This document shows positions 30,039-40,708 of a stretch of DNA of 64,000 nt, piece after piece. Each line of letters opens with the position of its first letter. Position 1 is the first letter of the stretch. The position numbers and the translations under genes are program-made. The stretch comes from Oscillospiraceae bacterium (GTDB lineage: Bacteria; Bacillota; Clostridia; UMGS1810): assembly GCA_015069095.1 (NCBI GenBank), contig SVJH01000002.1:7650-71649 (forward strand). Direction: 5' to 3'. The notes under the pieces were generated by a model. It saw nothing but the letters and a program-made list of their open reading frames with translations. It made no database searches and was not told where the DNA came from.

Positions 30039-30092
30039 AAAGTTATGTCATTATTCTATCACAAATTGCCAATTAAATCAACTATAATTTTG

Positions 30093-30230
30093 TCAAAACT
30101 TAGATTTATATATCTTTAATATCTTCCATGTTTTTATCGTATCTTTAAGCGCACAAAAAAGTTTTTTTACAGTTTTAAATACCGATACCAAGCAAAGCGC
30201 AAGTGCAACTTTTTTTATAAACTTTTCCAT
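30093..30230 (-). CDS. Candidate 45-aa cationic amphipathic/hydrophobic peptide
   Basis: ATG at 30230 preceded by AGAGGTGA. Hand translation: MEKFIKKVALALCLVSVFKTVKKLFCALKDTIKTWKILKIYKSKF. Below the ORF-track size cutoff. Confidence 0.3.
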   Translation of the reverse strand: MEKFIKKVALALCLVSVFKTVKKLFCALKDTIKTWKILKIYKSKF

Positions 30231-30323
30231 CTTCATCACCTCTTAAAAGTATTATGCAAAAACAAAAACTTTTTATACTACTTTACAAATAATACTACAA
30301 GTGATATAATATTGTCAAATATA

Positions 30324-30478
30324 AATCTTCAGGGCGGGGCGAAATTCCCCACCGGCAGTTATAGTCTGCGAGCTTTTTGCTGATTTGGTGAAATTCCAAA
30401 ACCGACGGTACAGTCCGGATGGAAGAAGAATTTTTATGTGTATTATTTTGCCCTGTTTTATATAAACAGGCTTTTTTT
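30324..30478 (+). promoter_or_regulatory. FMN riboswitch (RFN element) with terminator
   Basis: Conserved AGGGCGGGGCGAAATTCCCCACCGGC ... GATTTGGTGAAATTCCAAAACCGACGGTA ... CCGGATGGAAGAAG. Terminator CCTGTTT..AAACAGG plus a T-run. TGaTATAAT promoter upstream. Confidence 0.9.
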
Positions 30479-30529
30479 ATGCATAAATTTCAAAATGAAG
30501 ATTACATTTTTATTTTGGAGGTTATTTTA

Positions 30530-31063
30530 ATGAAAACACGAAAAATTGTAATGATAGGTATGCTGTCGGCACTTGCATTTTTACTGCAAGTTATAGGGAG
30601 CATTATATCGCTTAAAGTTGCAGGCTTTTTAGAAATCGAATTTTCCGACCTTCCTGCAATTATTGGTACGCTTGCGTACGGCCCTGTTGCCGGAGTTATT
30701 ATTGAATTTATTAAAAACCTATTACACACATTTATCACAAGCACAGGTTTTGTTGGCGAACTTGCAAACTTTGTTATGAATGGTATTTACGTTTTTACAG
30801 TCGGCGTTATATACAAATATAACAAAACTAAAGTAGGTGCATTTATTGCACTTGGCATTGGTACTTTAGCAATGGCAATAGGAGGAGCATTTGCAAATTT
30901 ATATATCATGCTTCCGCTTTATATGTCATCAGCACCATTTATGGCAAAACTTAATCTTGTACTCTTTACAATTACACCATTTAACATTGTAAAAGGACTT
31001 GTTACAGCAGTTATTACAATTCTTATTTACAAAAGAATTTCTCCGCTATTAAAAGATAAATAA
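30530..31063 (+). CDS. ribU: Riboflavin ECF transporter S component RibU
   Basis: ATG at 30530 after GGAGG. Small protein with about 5-6 TM helices, directly downstream of the FMN riboswitch. Confidence 0.8.
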   Translation: MKTRKIVMIGMLSALAFLLQVIGSIISLKVAGFLEIEFSDLPAIIGTLAYGPVAGVIIEFIKNLLHTFITSTGFVGELANFVMNGIYVFTVGVIYKYNKTKVGAFIALGIGTLAMAIGGAFANLYIMLPLYMSSAPFMAKLNLVLFTITPFNIVKGLVTAVITILIYKRISPLLKDK

Positions 31064-31135
31064 ACTATTTACTTTTTTTAAAAAATATGATAAAATATGC
31101 TTAATAAATTTAATATACCGAAAGGATGTTTTATA

Positions 31136-31789
31136 ATGGACAAACAAACAGTTATATCAAGAATTAAAGACGCAGGTATTGTTGCTGTTGTAAGAGCGGA
31201 AAACGGCGAAAAAGCAAGAAGAATTACAGACGCATGTATGGAAGGCGGCGTTCCTGCTATTGAAATGACATTTACAGTTCCTGGTGCTCACAAAGTTATC
31301 GAAGAACTTGCAAGTGTTTATAAAAACGGCGAAATGATTTTAGGTGCAGGTACAGTACTTGATGCTGAAACAGCAAGAATTGCAATTCTTTCTGGTGCAC
31401 AGTACATAGTAAGCCCTTACTACGACGAAGCAACTGTTAGACTTTGTAACAGATACGCAATCCCTTGCATGCCTGGTTGTATGACAATTGCCGATGTTGT
31501 TAAAGCACTTGAAATGGGTGTTGATATCATTAAATTATTCCCTGGCGATGCTTTTGGTCCTGGAATGGTTAAAGCAATCAAAGGCCCTATCCCACAGGCA
31601 AACATCATGCCAACAGGCGGTGTTGATGTAAACAACGTTGCAGAATGGATTAAAGCAGGTGTTGTTGCTGTTGGTGCAGGAAGTTCACTTACAGCAGGCG
31701 CTAAAACAGGCGACTGGAAAGCAATTACCGAAACAGGTAAATTATTTGTAGAAAATATTAAAATTGCAAGAGCAGCACTTAAAAAATAA
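31136..31789 (+). CDS. eda: KDPG / 4-hydroxy-2-oxoglutarate aldolase (Eda family)
   Basis: ATG at 31136 after AAAGGA. Motifs GIVAVVR, IEMTF, GAGTVL and PTGGV. Confidence 0.8.
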   Translation: MDKQTVISRIKDAGIVAVVRAENGEKARRITDACMEGGVPAIEMTFTVPGAHKVIEELASVYKNGEMILGAGTVLDAETARIAILSGAQYIVSPYYDEATVRLCNRYAIPCMPGCMTIADVVKALEMGVDIIKLFPGDAFGPGMVKAIKGPIPQANIMPTGGVDVNNVAEWIKAGVVAVGAGSSLTAGAKTGDWKAITETGKLFVENIKIARAALKK

Positions 31790-31904
31790 TATGACTTTAA
31801 TTTAGGGGATATTGCAAAATATCCCTTTTAATTTAAGTGTACGTTTTATGGTACACATTTTAAGATAAAATATCCTTACAATCTTAAAATCGGAGGCGAT
31901 AAAA

Positions 31905-32957
31905 ATGGCTAAAGAATCAAAAATGTCATCTGTTGATGCCAGAGTTGAAGGCAAAGACAAAGCAATAGAAGAAGCATTAAGACAAATTGAAAAAAACTTT
32001 GGAGAAGGCTCAATTATGCGTATGGGCGATGCTCCAATAAAGAAAATTGACGTTATTCCTACAGGTGCTCTAAGTCTTGATATGGCACTTGGAATAGGCG
32101 GTGTGCCACGTGGAAGAATTACCGAAATTTACGGGCCTGAATCTTCAGGTAAAACTACTGTTGCACTTCACATTATTGCAGAATCACAAAAACTTGGCGG
32201 TGAAGTTGCATTTATCGACGCCGAACACGCTCTTGACCCTACTTATGCAAGAAAACTTGGCGTTAATGTAGACAGACTTATTGTATCTCAGCCCGATTCC
32301 GGAGAAGATGCTCTTGAAATCTGTGAAGCGTTAGCTCGAAGTAACGCTTTTGATATAATCGTTATCGACTCTGTTGCGGCTCTTGTGCCAAAAGCAGAAA
32401 TCGCAGGCGTAATGGGCGAAAGCCATGTTGGTCTTCACGCGCGTCTTATGTCGCAGGCACTTAGAAAACTTACAAGTGTTATAAACAAAAGTAACACTGC
32501 ATGTGTATTTATCAACCAGATTAGAGAAAAAGTTGGTGTAATTTACGGAAGCCCTGAGGTTACAACAGGCGGACGTGCGCTTAAATACTATTCATCTGTA
32601 AGAATTGATGTCAGAAGAGGCGAAGCAATTAAAGACGGTGCAAGCCTAATCGGTAACAAAACAAGAGTTAAAGTTGTTAAAAACAAAATGGCTCCTCCGT
32701 TTAAAGAAGCCGAATTTGACATTATGTACGGCGAAGGTATATCTAAAGACGGATGTATTGTTGACGTTGCTGTTGATATGGATATTATCCAAAAAAGCGG
32801 TTCGTGGTTCTCTTACAATGGTGAAAGACTTGGTCAGGGAAGAGACAAAGTTAAAGATTACCTTAAATCTAATCCTGATTTTGCAAAAGAAATAAGCGAC
32901 AAAATTATGGAAGTTTACAACGAACAACTTGAAAAAATGTCAGGAAAAAATGACTGA
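31905..32957 (+). CDS. recA: Recombinase RecA
   Basis: Walker [10 protein letters not shown] and canonical RecA sequence throughout. Confidence 0.97.
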   Translation: MAKESKMSSVDARVEGKDKAIEEALRQIEKNFGEGSIMRMGDAPIKKIDVIPTGALSLDMALGIGGVPRGRITEIYGPESSGKTTVALHIIAESQKLGGEVAFIDAEHALDPTYARKLGVNVDRLIVSQPDSGEDALEICEALARSNAFDIIVIDSVAALVPKAEIAGVMGESHVGLHARLMSQALRKLTSVINKSNTACVFINQIREKVGVIYGSPEVTTGGRALKYYSSVRIDVRRGEAIKDGASLIGNKTRVKVVKNKMAPPFKEAEFDIMYGEGISKDGCIVDVAVDMDIIQKSGSWFSYNGERLGQGRDKVKDYLKSNPDFAKEISDKIMEVYNEQLEKMSGKND

Positions 32958-33568
32958 TGAAAATTACAGATATAAAAGTGCAATCGCACAATAAAGAAAG
33001 AGCATCTGTTTTTGTTGACGACGAGTACTCATTTTCTCTCGATTTAACTTCTGTTTTAAAATTTTCGCTTAAAAAAGGCAAGGAAATTACAGAAGATGAA
33101 ATTGAAAGATACAATCGCGAGGGGAATTTTGCAAAAATTCGCGACAAGGCGATGGATATTTTGTCAAAAAAAGCAGTTACAAAGAAAATGCTTTTGGAAA
33201 CCCTTATAAAAAAAGAGTATGACAAAAACCTTTCTAAAGAGGTTGTTGACGAACTTATAAAAATCGGTTGTATTGACGATTTGGAATTTGCAAAAAACTA
33301 CGCCCGTGATGCTTTTGAGTACAAAAAACACGGGAAAATGAGAATTACAACCGACCTTTTAAAAAAAGGCGTAGAAAAAAGTGATATTGATGAGGCGTTT
33401 TTAAGTCTTTCGTTTTCATACGACGACAATATTTTAGATATTATAAACACAAAGTTTAAAAATGCCGATTTTAAAGACATTAAAACTAAAAACAAAATTA
33501 TTAGATATCTTGCGTACAGAGGATATAACATATCAGATATTATGTCCTGCCTTGGCAAGATGGAATGA
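32957..33568 (+). CDS. recX: RecA regulator RecX
   Basis: ATG overlaps the recA stop (TGATG). Helical-repeat protein in conserved synteny. Confidence 0.7.
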   Translation: MKITDIKVQSHNKERASVFVDDEYSFSLDLTSVLKFSLKKGKEITEDEIERYNREGNFAKIRDKAMDILSKKAVTKKMLLETLIKKEYDKNLSKEVVDELIKIGCIDDLEFAKNYARDAFEYKKHGKMRITTDLLKKGVEKSDIDEAFLSLSFSYDDNILDIINTKFKNADFKDIKTKNKIIRYLAYRGYNISDIMSCLGKME

Positions 33569-33575
33569 GGTAAAA

Positions 33576-34166
33576 ATGATTGGCTATGTAAAAGGTAAAC
33601 TTGCCGAAAAGGAACTTACATTTGCTATAATCGATGTAAATGGTATCGGATTTAAAATTTTCACTTCGCTTACTTCTCTTGAAAGTGTAAATGTTGGCGA
33701 TGACGTTACTTTTCACACCTATCTTTACATAAAAGAAGGAATTATGGATTTATACGGTTTTTCAACTAAAGAAGAACTTAAAATGTTTGAACTTTTAATT
33801 TCCGTATCGGGCGTTGGTGCAAAGGGTGCAATTGCAATACTAAGCGTTGGCTCGCCTTCTAAAATTGCCGTTGCAATCGCAACAAGCGATATTAACCTTA
33901 TTAAAAGTGCATCGGGCATCGGTCCTAAAATTGCACAGAGAATTGCGCTTGAACTTAAAGATAAAATCTCAAACGAGGAACTTTCGCACGGGGTTGTATC
34001 TGATGATGTTCCTGTTATTTCAAAAGGTGCAAAAAATGAGGCTATAAGTGCTCTTATGGTACTTGGATATTCAAAAGGCGAAGCAGAAAAAGCAGTTGCA
34101 AATGCAAAATGTGAATCCGACGATGTTGAAGAAATTATTAAAGCCGCACTTAAGGCGCTTATGTAA
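33576..34166 (+). CDS. ruvA: Holliday junction helicase subunit RuvA
   Basis: Start MIGYVKGKL at 33576. HhH motifs (SVSGVGAKGA, ASGIGPKIA). Confidence 0.9.
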   Translation: MIGYVKGKLAEKELTFAIIDVNGIGFKIFTSLTSLESVNVGDDVTFHTYLYIKEGIMDLYGFSTKEELKMFELLISVSGVGAKGAIAILSVGSPSKIAVAIATSDINLIKSASGIGPKIAQRIALELKDKISNEELSHGVVSDDVPVISKGAKNEAISALMVLGYSKGEAEKAVANAKCESDDVEEIIKAALKALM

Positions 34167-34180
34167 GGAGGCTTTAAAAT

Positions 34181-35185
34181 ATGGACTTTGAAGAAAGAAT
34201 TGTTGCAACAGAGTTTACAAATAACGATGTTGACACAGAATTTAGTTTAAGACCAAAAACACTTGATGAATATGTTGGTCAGACAAAAATTAAGGAAAAT
34301 TTATCTATATATATTAAGGCCGCAAAAAGCAGAAACGAGGCTCTTGACCATGTGCTTTTATACGGACCGCCGGGGCTTGGAAAGACTACGCTTTCTAACA
34401 TTATTGCAAGTGAGATGGGTGTTAATATTAAAATAACATCCGGCCCTGCAATTGAAAAACCGGGAGACCTTGCCGCTATACTTACAAATTTATCGGAACA
34501 CGATGTGCTTTTTATTGATGAAATTCACAGACTCAGTCCAAGCATTGAGGAAGTTTTGTATCCTGCAATGGAAGACTATGCGCTTGATATTATTATTGGT
34601 AAAGGCCCAAGTGCAAGAAGTATCAGGCTTGACCTTCCAAAGTTTACGCTTGTTGGTGCAACTACAAAGGCGGGGAATATGACAGGACCGCTTCGTGATA
34701 GATTTGGCGTGCTTGCAAGGCTGGAACTTTACACAAATGAGGAACTTAAAGGCATTGTTACGCGTAGTGCTAAAATTTTAGGCATTGATATTACAGACGA
34801 TGGTGCAAATGAAATTGCATCACGCTCACGCGGGACACCAAGAATTGCAAACCGACTTTTAAAACGTGTTAGGGATTTCTCTGAAGTTGTGGGAAGTGGT
34901 GTTGTGGACAAGAAAATTGCTGATATTGCGCTTGAAAAGATTGAAGTTGACAAAATCGGGCTTGACAGAACAGATGCTAACATGATTCGTTCTATGATTA
35001 AAAATTTTGGTGGCGGACCTGTGGGACTTGATACGCTTGCCGCTACAATAGGCGAAGATGCCAACACTATTGAAGATGTGTACGAGCCGTATCTTTTGCA
35101 ACTTGGGTTTATAAACAGAACTCCACGAGGAAGAGTTGTTACAAAAGCGGCGTATGAGCATTTTGGTATTCCGTTTGAAAGTTAG
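34181..35185 (+). CDS. ruvB: Holliday junction helicase RuvB
   Basis: Walker [10 protein letters not shown], Walker B LFIDEIHR, canonical RuvB. Confidence 0.97.
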   Translation: MDFEERIVATEFTNNDVDTEFSLRPKTLDEYVGQTKIKENLSIYIKAAKSRNEALDHVLLYGPPGLGKTTLSNIIASEMGVNIKITSGPAIEKPGDLAAILTNLSEHDVLFIDEIHRLSPSIEEVLYPAMEDYALDIIIGKGPSARSIRLDLPKFTLVGATTKAGNMTGPLRDRFGVLARLELYTNEELKGIVTRSAKILGIDITDDGANEIASRSRGTPRIANRLLKRVRDFSEVVGSGVVDKKIADIALEKIEVDKIGLDRTDANMIRSMIKNFGGGPVGLDTLAATIGEDANTIEDVYEPYLLQLGFINRTPRGRVVTKAAYEHFGIPFES

Positions 35186-35198
35186 TTGTGTTTTAATT

Positions 35199-35284
35199 GT
35201 TCTTTTAAAAAAGAACCAAAACCATACTTTTTTTGTAAAAAAAGTATGCAAAAAAACTTACATATGCAAAACATTCGTTTTGCA
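35199..35284 (+). repeat. Three-hairpin intergenic repeat module (family A), copy 1
   Basis: Hairpins at 35199-35216, 35223-35248 and 35265-35284. Homologous to 60564-60650 and to the reverse complement of 36274-36359. Confidence 0.75.
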
Positions 35285-35419
35285 TCATATCTATGTCTCC
35301 CTTGCCTAAAGGGAGGTGCTTAGCGAAAGCAAAGCGGAGGGATTTAAAGCACTCAAGTTTTTGAGTGCTTTTTTTAAAATTCATATTTTGTAGGGGAGGG
35401 TCTTATGCGCCCTCCCGTT

Positions 35420-35599
35420 TTATTTTATTCTAAGCATTTTCTTTTCTTCTTCGCTAAGACAACGTATTAAATAATCACATTCGTTACAGCAGCACTCAAT
35501 TATGTTTCCATTTTCGTCATAATGCTCGCCGTTTCCAAGGCAGTCTTTACCTTCGTTTCCAGGTGTAAGTTTAATTCCTGTTACGTCTATGATTTCCAT
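35420..35599 (-). CDS. Small cysteine-rich protein (59 aa), paralog of 18303..18479
   Basis: ATG at 35599 after GGAGGAA. Over the first 53 codons, 9 synonymous versus 2 conservative differences relative to copy A (hand alignment). Confidence 0.7.
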   Translation of the reverse strand: MEIIDVTGIKLTPGNEGKDCLGNGEHYDENGNIIECCCNECDYLIRCLSEEEKKMLRIK

Positions 35600-35799
35600 G
35601 ATAAATTCCTCCAGAATTAAAAAATGCGCCGACCAAAGCCGACGCATGAAAAACGCAGGGACTTCGATCGTTTTAAATATTGCTACATAATTAAAACACC
35701 ATATTTCCAAAAAAGAGGGTATGACAAATCGAAGTGTACGCCTTTCTTAAAATAGCGTACCCCTTATTGGAAATATTATTTTAATTAATTATGTAGCAT
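35600..35799 (-). promoter_or_regulatory. Structured 5' leader with intrinsic terminator (copy B)
   Basis: Promoter TTGACA (35827-35832 rc), 17-nt spacer, TAAAAT (35804-35809 rc). Closing helix 35785-35799 / 35681-35694. Terminator 35624-35647. Confidence 0.6.
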
Positions 35800-35840
35800 A
35801 ACCATTTTACTATAAAATGTGTTTTTTGTCAAATGAAAAG

Positions 35841-36105
35841 GCTCCCTTGTGTAAAGGGAGCTGTCGAGCAAACGCGAGACTGAGGGATTGTTTTATTATT
35901 TTTCTTTCTTTTTGCTTTATTCCTATTTTAACAATTACAATCCCTCCGAGTTGCTACGCAACCCACCTCCCTTTACACAAGGGAGGCTTTACGGGACGTC
36001 GTTTCGCGCCGTCCCCTACAATGTTTAAACCAATAAAATAACCGAGTGATTTATTTTCACTCGATTTTAATTTTATCCTTAATACCAACTCACTTATGGA
36101 ATGAA
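35841..36105 (+). repeat. Composite palindromic intergenic repeat (family B), full-length copy
   Basis: GGGAG-box hairpins at 35841-35861 and 35966-35986 bracket GAGACTGAGGGATTG ... CAATCCCTCCGAG arms. The tail is homologous to 1325-1488 in reverse complement. Confidence 0.8.
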
Positions 36106-36117
36106 TTTTTAAAAAAG

Positions 36118-36261
36118 GCTCCCTTGCCTAAAGGGAGCTGTCGAGCAAATGCGAGACTGAGGGATTGCTCTACATTTTTCCATACAAAAAAGGCACTCGA
36201 ATGAGTGCCTTTAAATCCCTCCGTCAGTCTGCGTCCGACACCTCCCTTTAGGCAAGGGAGG
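36118..36261 (+). repeat. Composite palindromic intergenic repeat (family B), core copy
   Basis: Hairpins at 36118-36138 and 36241-36261 bracket GCGAGACTGAGGGATTG ... AATCCCTCCGTCAGTCTGCG arms. Confidence 0.8.
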
Positions 36262-36273
36262 CAAAAGTAGGAA

Positions 36274-36359
36274 GCAAAGCGTATGCTTTGCATATGTTAA
36301 GTTTTTTGTGTTCCTTTTTTTCAAAAAAGGAACGATTTTGGTTCTTTTTTAAAAAGAAC
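36274..36359 (-). repeat. Three-hairpin intergenic repeat module (family A), copy 2 (inverted)
   Basis: Hairpins at 36274-36291, 36310-36333 and 36341-36359. Confidence 0.75.
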
Positions 36360-36373
36360 ATAATACAAACGTC

Positions 36374-37843
<1,470 letters not shown>

Positions 37844-37872
37844 TTATACACTCCTTTTGATTATCTTTGGTA

Positions 37873-40665
37873 TTATAAAGTTTTAACAACACTTGCACAA
37901 CGTGCGCAAAGTGTTTTATGCTCACTGTCCTCACCAACAGTTTTTGAATACATCCAGCATCTTTCGCATTTTTCGCCTTCCGCCTGAGAAACTTCAACAT
38001 AAAGATTTTCGTTTGCTTCGCCACTGAATGCTTCTTTGTTTTCGCCTTCTGTAACAGATGCATCACTTACAATAAATACAGTTACAAGGTCATCTTCGTT
38101 TTTCTTTAAGAAATCGTATAGATTGCCGCTTGCGTAAAGTTTTACATTTGCATTTAATGAATGTCCGATAACTTTGTTGTTTCTTGCCATTTCAAGAGCT
38201 TTTGCAACGTCAGATCTTATTGATAAAAGTAAATCGTATTTTTCTTCGATTTCTTTATTGTTATATAATTCATTAACTTTTGGAAGGTCGTTAAACATAA
38301 CACTTTCTGTGTCATCGCCTGCTTTATGAGGCATTGATGCCCATATTTCTTCTGTTGTAAAGCAAAGAACAGGAGCAAGAAGTTTAACAAGTGCATCAAG
38401 CACAATATACATTGCACTCTGTGCGCTTCTTCTTTCTATACTGTCAGACTTTGTAGTGTAAAGTCTGTCTTTAATAATATCAAGATAGAAGTTACTCATA
38501 TCAACAACGCAGAAATTGTGGATTGCGTGCTGAAGAGAGTGGAATTCGTAAGTTCTGTATGAAGAAAGTGCTTTTTCGATTAAAGCATTAAGTTTAAGTA
38601 GTGCCCATTTATCGATTTCAACCATATCTTCATATTTAACAAGATCTGTATCTGGATTAAAGTCGTTTATGTTACCTAAGATATATCTTGCTGTGTTTCT
38701 TATTTTTCTGTAACTTTCAGAAAGTTGTTTAATAATATCCTGACTCATTCTTACGTCTGTTTTGTAGTCAGAAGATACAACCCAAAGTCTTAGGATATCT
38801 GCACCATTTTTGTTACAAACATCAATTGGGTCAACACCGTTTCCGAGTGATTTACTCATCTTTTTACCGTTGCCGTCTACAACCATACCATGAGTGATAA
38901 CTTCTTTGTATGGAGCGCCGTTACCCTGTGCAACACTTGTTAAAAGTGATGACTGGAACCAACCTCTGTACTGGTCGTTACCTTCAAGATACAAATCGCA
39001 AGGAGATTTTAAATCGTCTCTTAAATCCATAACAGCGTAGTGAGATGAACCAGAGTCAAACCAAACGTCCATGATATCTGTTTCTTTTGTGAACACGTCA
39101 TGACCACATTTTGCGCATTTATATCCATCGCCAAGAATTTCTTTAGCGCTGTATTTGTACCAAGCGCTTGAACCTTCTTTAGAGAATAGGTCTGCTACAA
39201 TTTTGATTGTATCTTTATTTACAAGATGCTCACCGCATTTTTCACAATAGAAAATTGGAATTGGAACACCCCATTTTCTTTGACGTGAAATACACCAGTC
39301 GCTTCTTTCTTCAACCATTTTTGTAATTCTTTCTTCGCCCCATTTTGGAAGCCAAGAAACAGTTTTAATAGCATCAACAGCATCTTTTTTGAATTTATCA
39401 ACAGATGCGAACCACTGTTCAGTTGCTCTAAATACTATTGGGTTATGACATCTCCAGCAGTGTGGATACTGGTGGATAATTGGCACTGCTGCAGCAAGAG
39501 AATTTGTGCTTCTTAGTTCGTCTAAAATAGCATCGTTTGCTTTTTCGTAGAATAATCCTTCAAACTTGCCTGCATCTTTTGTCATATAACCTTTTGAGTC
39601 TACAGGAACAACGATTGGAATTTCTTTATAGTTCTGGCAAGCGATAAAGTCTTCTGCACCATGAGCAGGAGCTGTGTGAACACATCCTGTACCTGCATCA
39701 AGTGTAACGTGGTCACCAACAATTACAAGTGATGTTTTATCCATAAACGGATGTGAGCAAGTTACATATTCAAGGTCTGCTCCATTAAATTCTTTAACGA
39801 TTTCATATCCGTCGATATTTGCTACCTCACAAAAAGCATCTGCCAAATCTTTTGCAACAACGTAGTATTCGCCGTTTGCACTTATAAGTGCATAAGTAAA
39901 GTTAGGATTTACACAAATTGCTTCGTTTGCAGGAAGTGTCCATGTTGTAGTTGTCCAGATTACAAAGTAAACTTTTGATGTATCAACATCATCAAACAAA
40001 CCTTTGCCATCTTTCAATTTAAATTTAACATAAATTGAAGTTGTTTTGTCTTCTGCGTATTCAATTTCTGCTTCTGCAAGTGCAGTTTCACAGTCCGGAC
40101 ACCAGTAAACAGGTTTCATACCTTTGTAGATAACATCGTTTTCTACCATTTTACCGAAAACTTCAATCTGCCTGCCTTCAAATTCAGGAAGAAGTGTGAT
40201 GTAAGGATTGTTGTAATCGCCAATTGAACCTAAGCGTTTAAACTGACCTTTTTGAGTATCGATATAGTCCATTGCAAACTGACGGCAGATTTCTCTAAAC
40301 TCTACAGGATCAACATCGTCTTTGTTGATTTTAAGTTTTTTGATTGCCTGAATTTCAATTGGAAGACCATGAGTATCCCAACCTGGAACGTAAGGCGCTT
40401 TAAATCCGTCCATATTTTTGAAACGAACTATAATATCTTTTAAAATTTTATTTAGTGCGTGGCCTAAATGAATGTTACCGTTAGCAAACGGAGGACCATC
40501 GTGAAGATGATATTCCTTCTTGCCTTCGTTTTTCTTCATTAGTTTTTCATAAAAGCCTTCATCATCCCATTTTTTAACGAGTACCGGTTCTTTTTCAGGA
40601 AGATTTGCTCTCATTGAAAATTCGGTACTTGGAAGATTAAGTGTTTTACTGTAATCCATTTCCAC
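37873..40665 (-). CDS. ileS: Isoleucine--tRNA ligase
   Basis: HIGH motif (NIHLGHALN), KMSKS, C-terminal zinc-binding CxxC pairs. GTG start at 40665, or ATG at 40659. Confidence 0.97.
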   Translation of the reverse strand: MEMDYSKTLNLPSTEFSMRANLPEKEPVLVKKWDDEGFYEKLMKKNEGKKEYHLHDGPPFANGNIHLGHALNKILKDIIVRFKNMDGFKAPYVPGWDTHGLPIEIQAIKKLKINKDDVDPVEFREICRQFAMDYIDTQKGQFKRLGSIGDYNNPYITLLPEFEGRQIEVFGKMVENDVIYKGMKPVYWCPDCETALAEAEIEYAEDKTTSIYVKFKLKDGKGLFDDVDTSKVYFVIWTTTTWTLPANEAICVNPNFTYALISANGEYYVVAKDLADAFCEVANIDGYEIVKEFNGADLEYVTCSHPFMDKTSLVIVGDHVTLDAGTGCVHTAPAHGAEDFIACQNYKEIPIVVPVDSKGYMTKDAGKFEGLFYEKANDAILDELRSTNSLAAAVPIIHQYPHCWRCHNPIVFRATEQWFASVDKFKKDAVDAIKTVSWLPKWGEERITKMVEERSDWCISRQRKWGVPIPIFYCEKCGEHLVNKDTIKIVADLFSKEGSSAWYKYSAKEILGDGYKCAKCGHDVFTKETDIMDVWFDSGSSHYAVMDLRDDLKSPCDLYLEGNDQYRGWFQSSLLTSVAQGNGAPYKEVITHGMVVDGNGKKMSKSLGNGVDPIDVCNKNGADILRLWVVSSDYKTDVRMSQDIIKQLSESYRKIRNTARYILGNINDFNPDTDLVKYEDMVEIDKWALLKLNALIEKALSSYRTYEFHSLQHAIHNFCVVDMSNFYLDIIKDRLYTTKSDSIERRSAQSAMYIVLDALVKLLAPVLCFTTEEIWASMPHKAGDDTESVMFNDLPKVNELYNNKEIEEKYDLLLSIRSDVAKALEMARNNKVIGHSLNANVKLYASGNLYDFLKKNEDDLVTVFIVSDASVTEGENKEAFSGEANENLYVEVSQAEGEKCERCWMYSKTVGEDSEHKTLCARCASVVKTL

Positions 40666-40708
40666 TGTATTTACAACCCCTTTAAAGTTTATTTACTAAA
40701 TCAACTGC

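Noticed and set aside
35841-36261. Possible CRISPR array suggested by the recurring GGGAG-box hairpins
   Set aside because: The repeats occur as inverted pairs with complementary arms, not as direct repeats with uniform spacers. Spacing is irregular, no cas genes are present, and copies are dispersed around the window.
35817-36293. ORFs 35817..36041 (+) and 36090..36293 (-) encoding peptides such as ...PLCKGSCRANARLRDC... and ...LPCLKGGVGRRLTEGF...
   Set aside because: They are translations of the palindromic family B repeats. They have no RBS, and the same peptide motifs arise on both strands because of the inverted symmetry. They are not genes.
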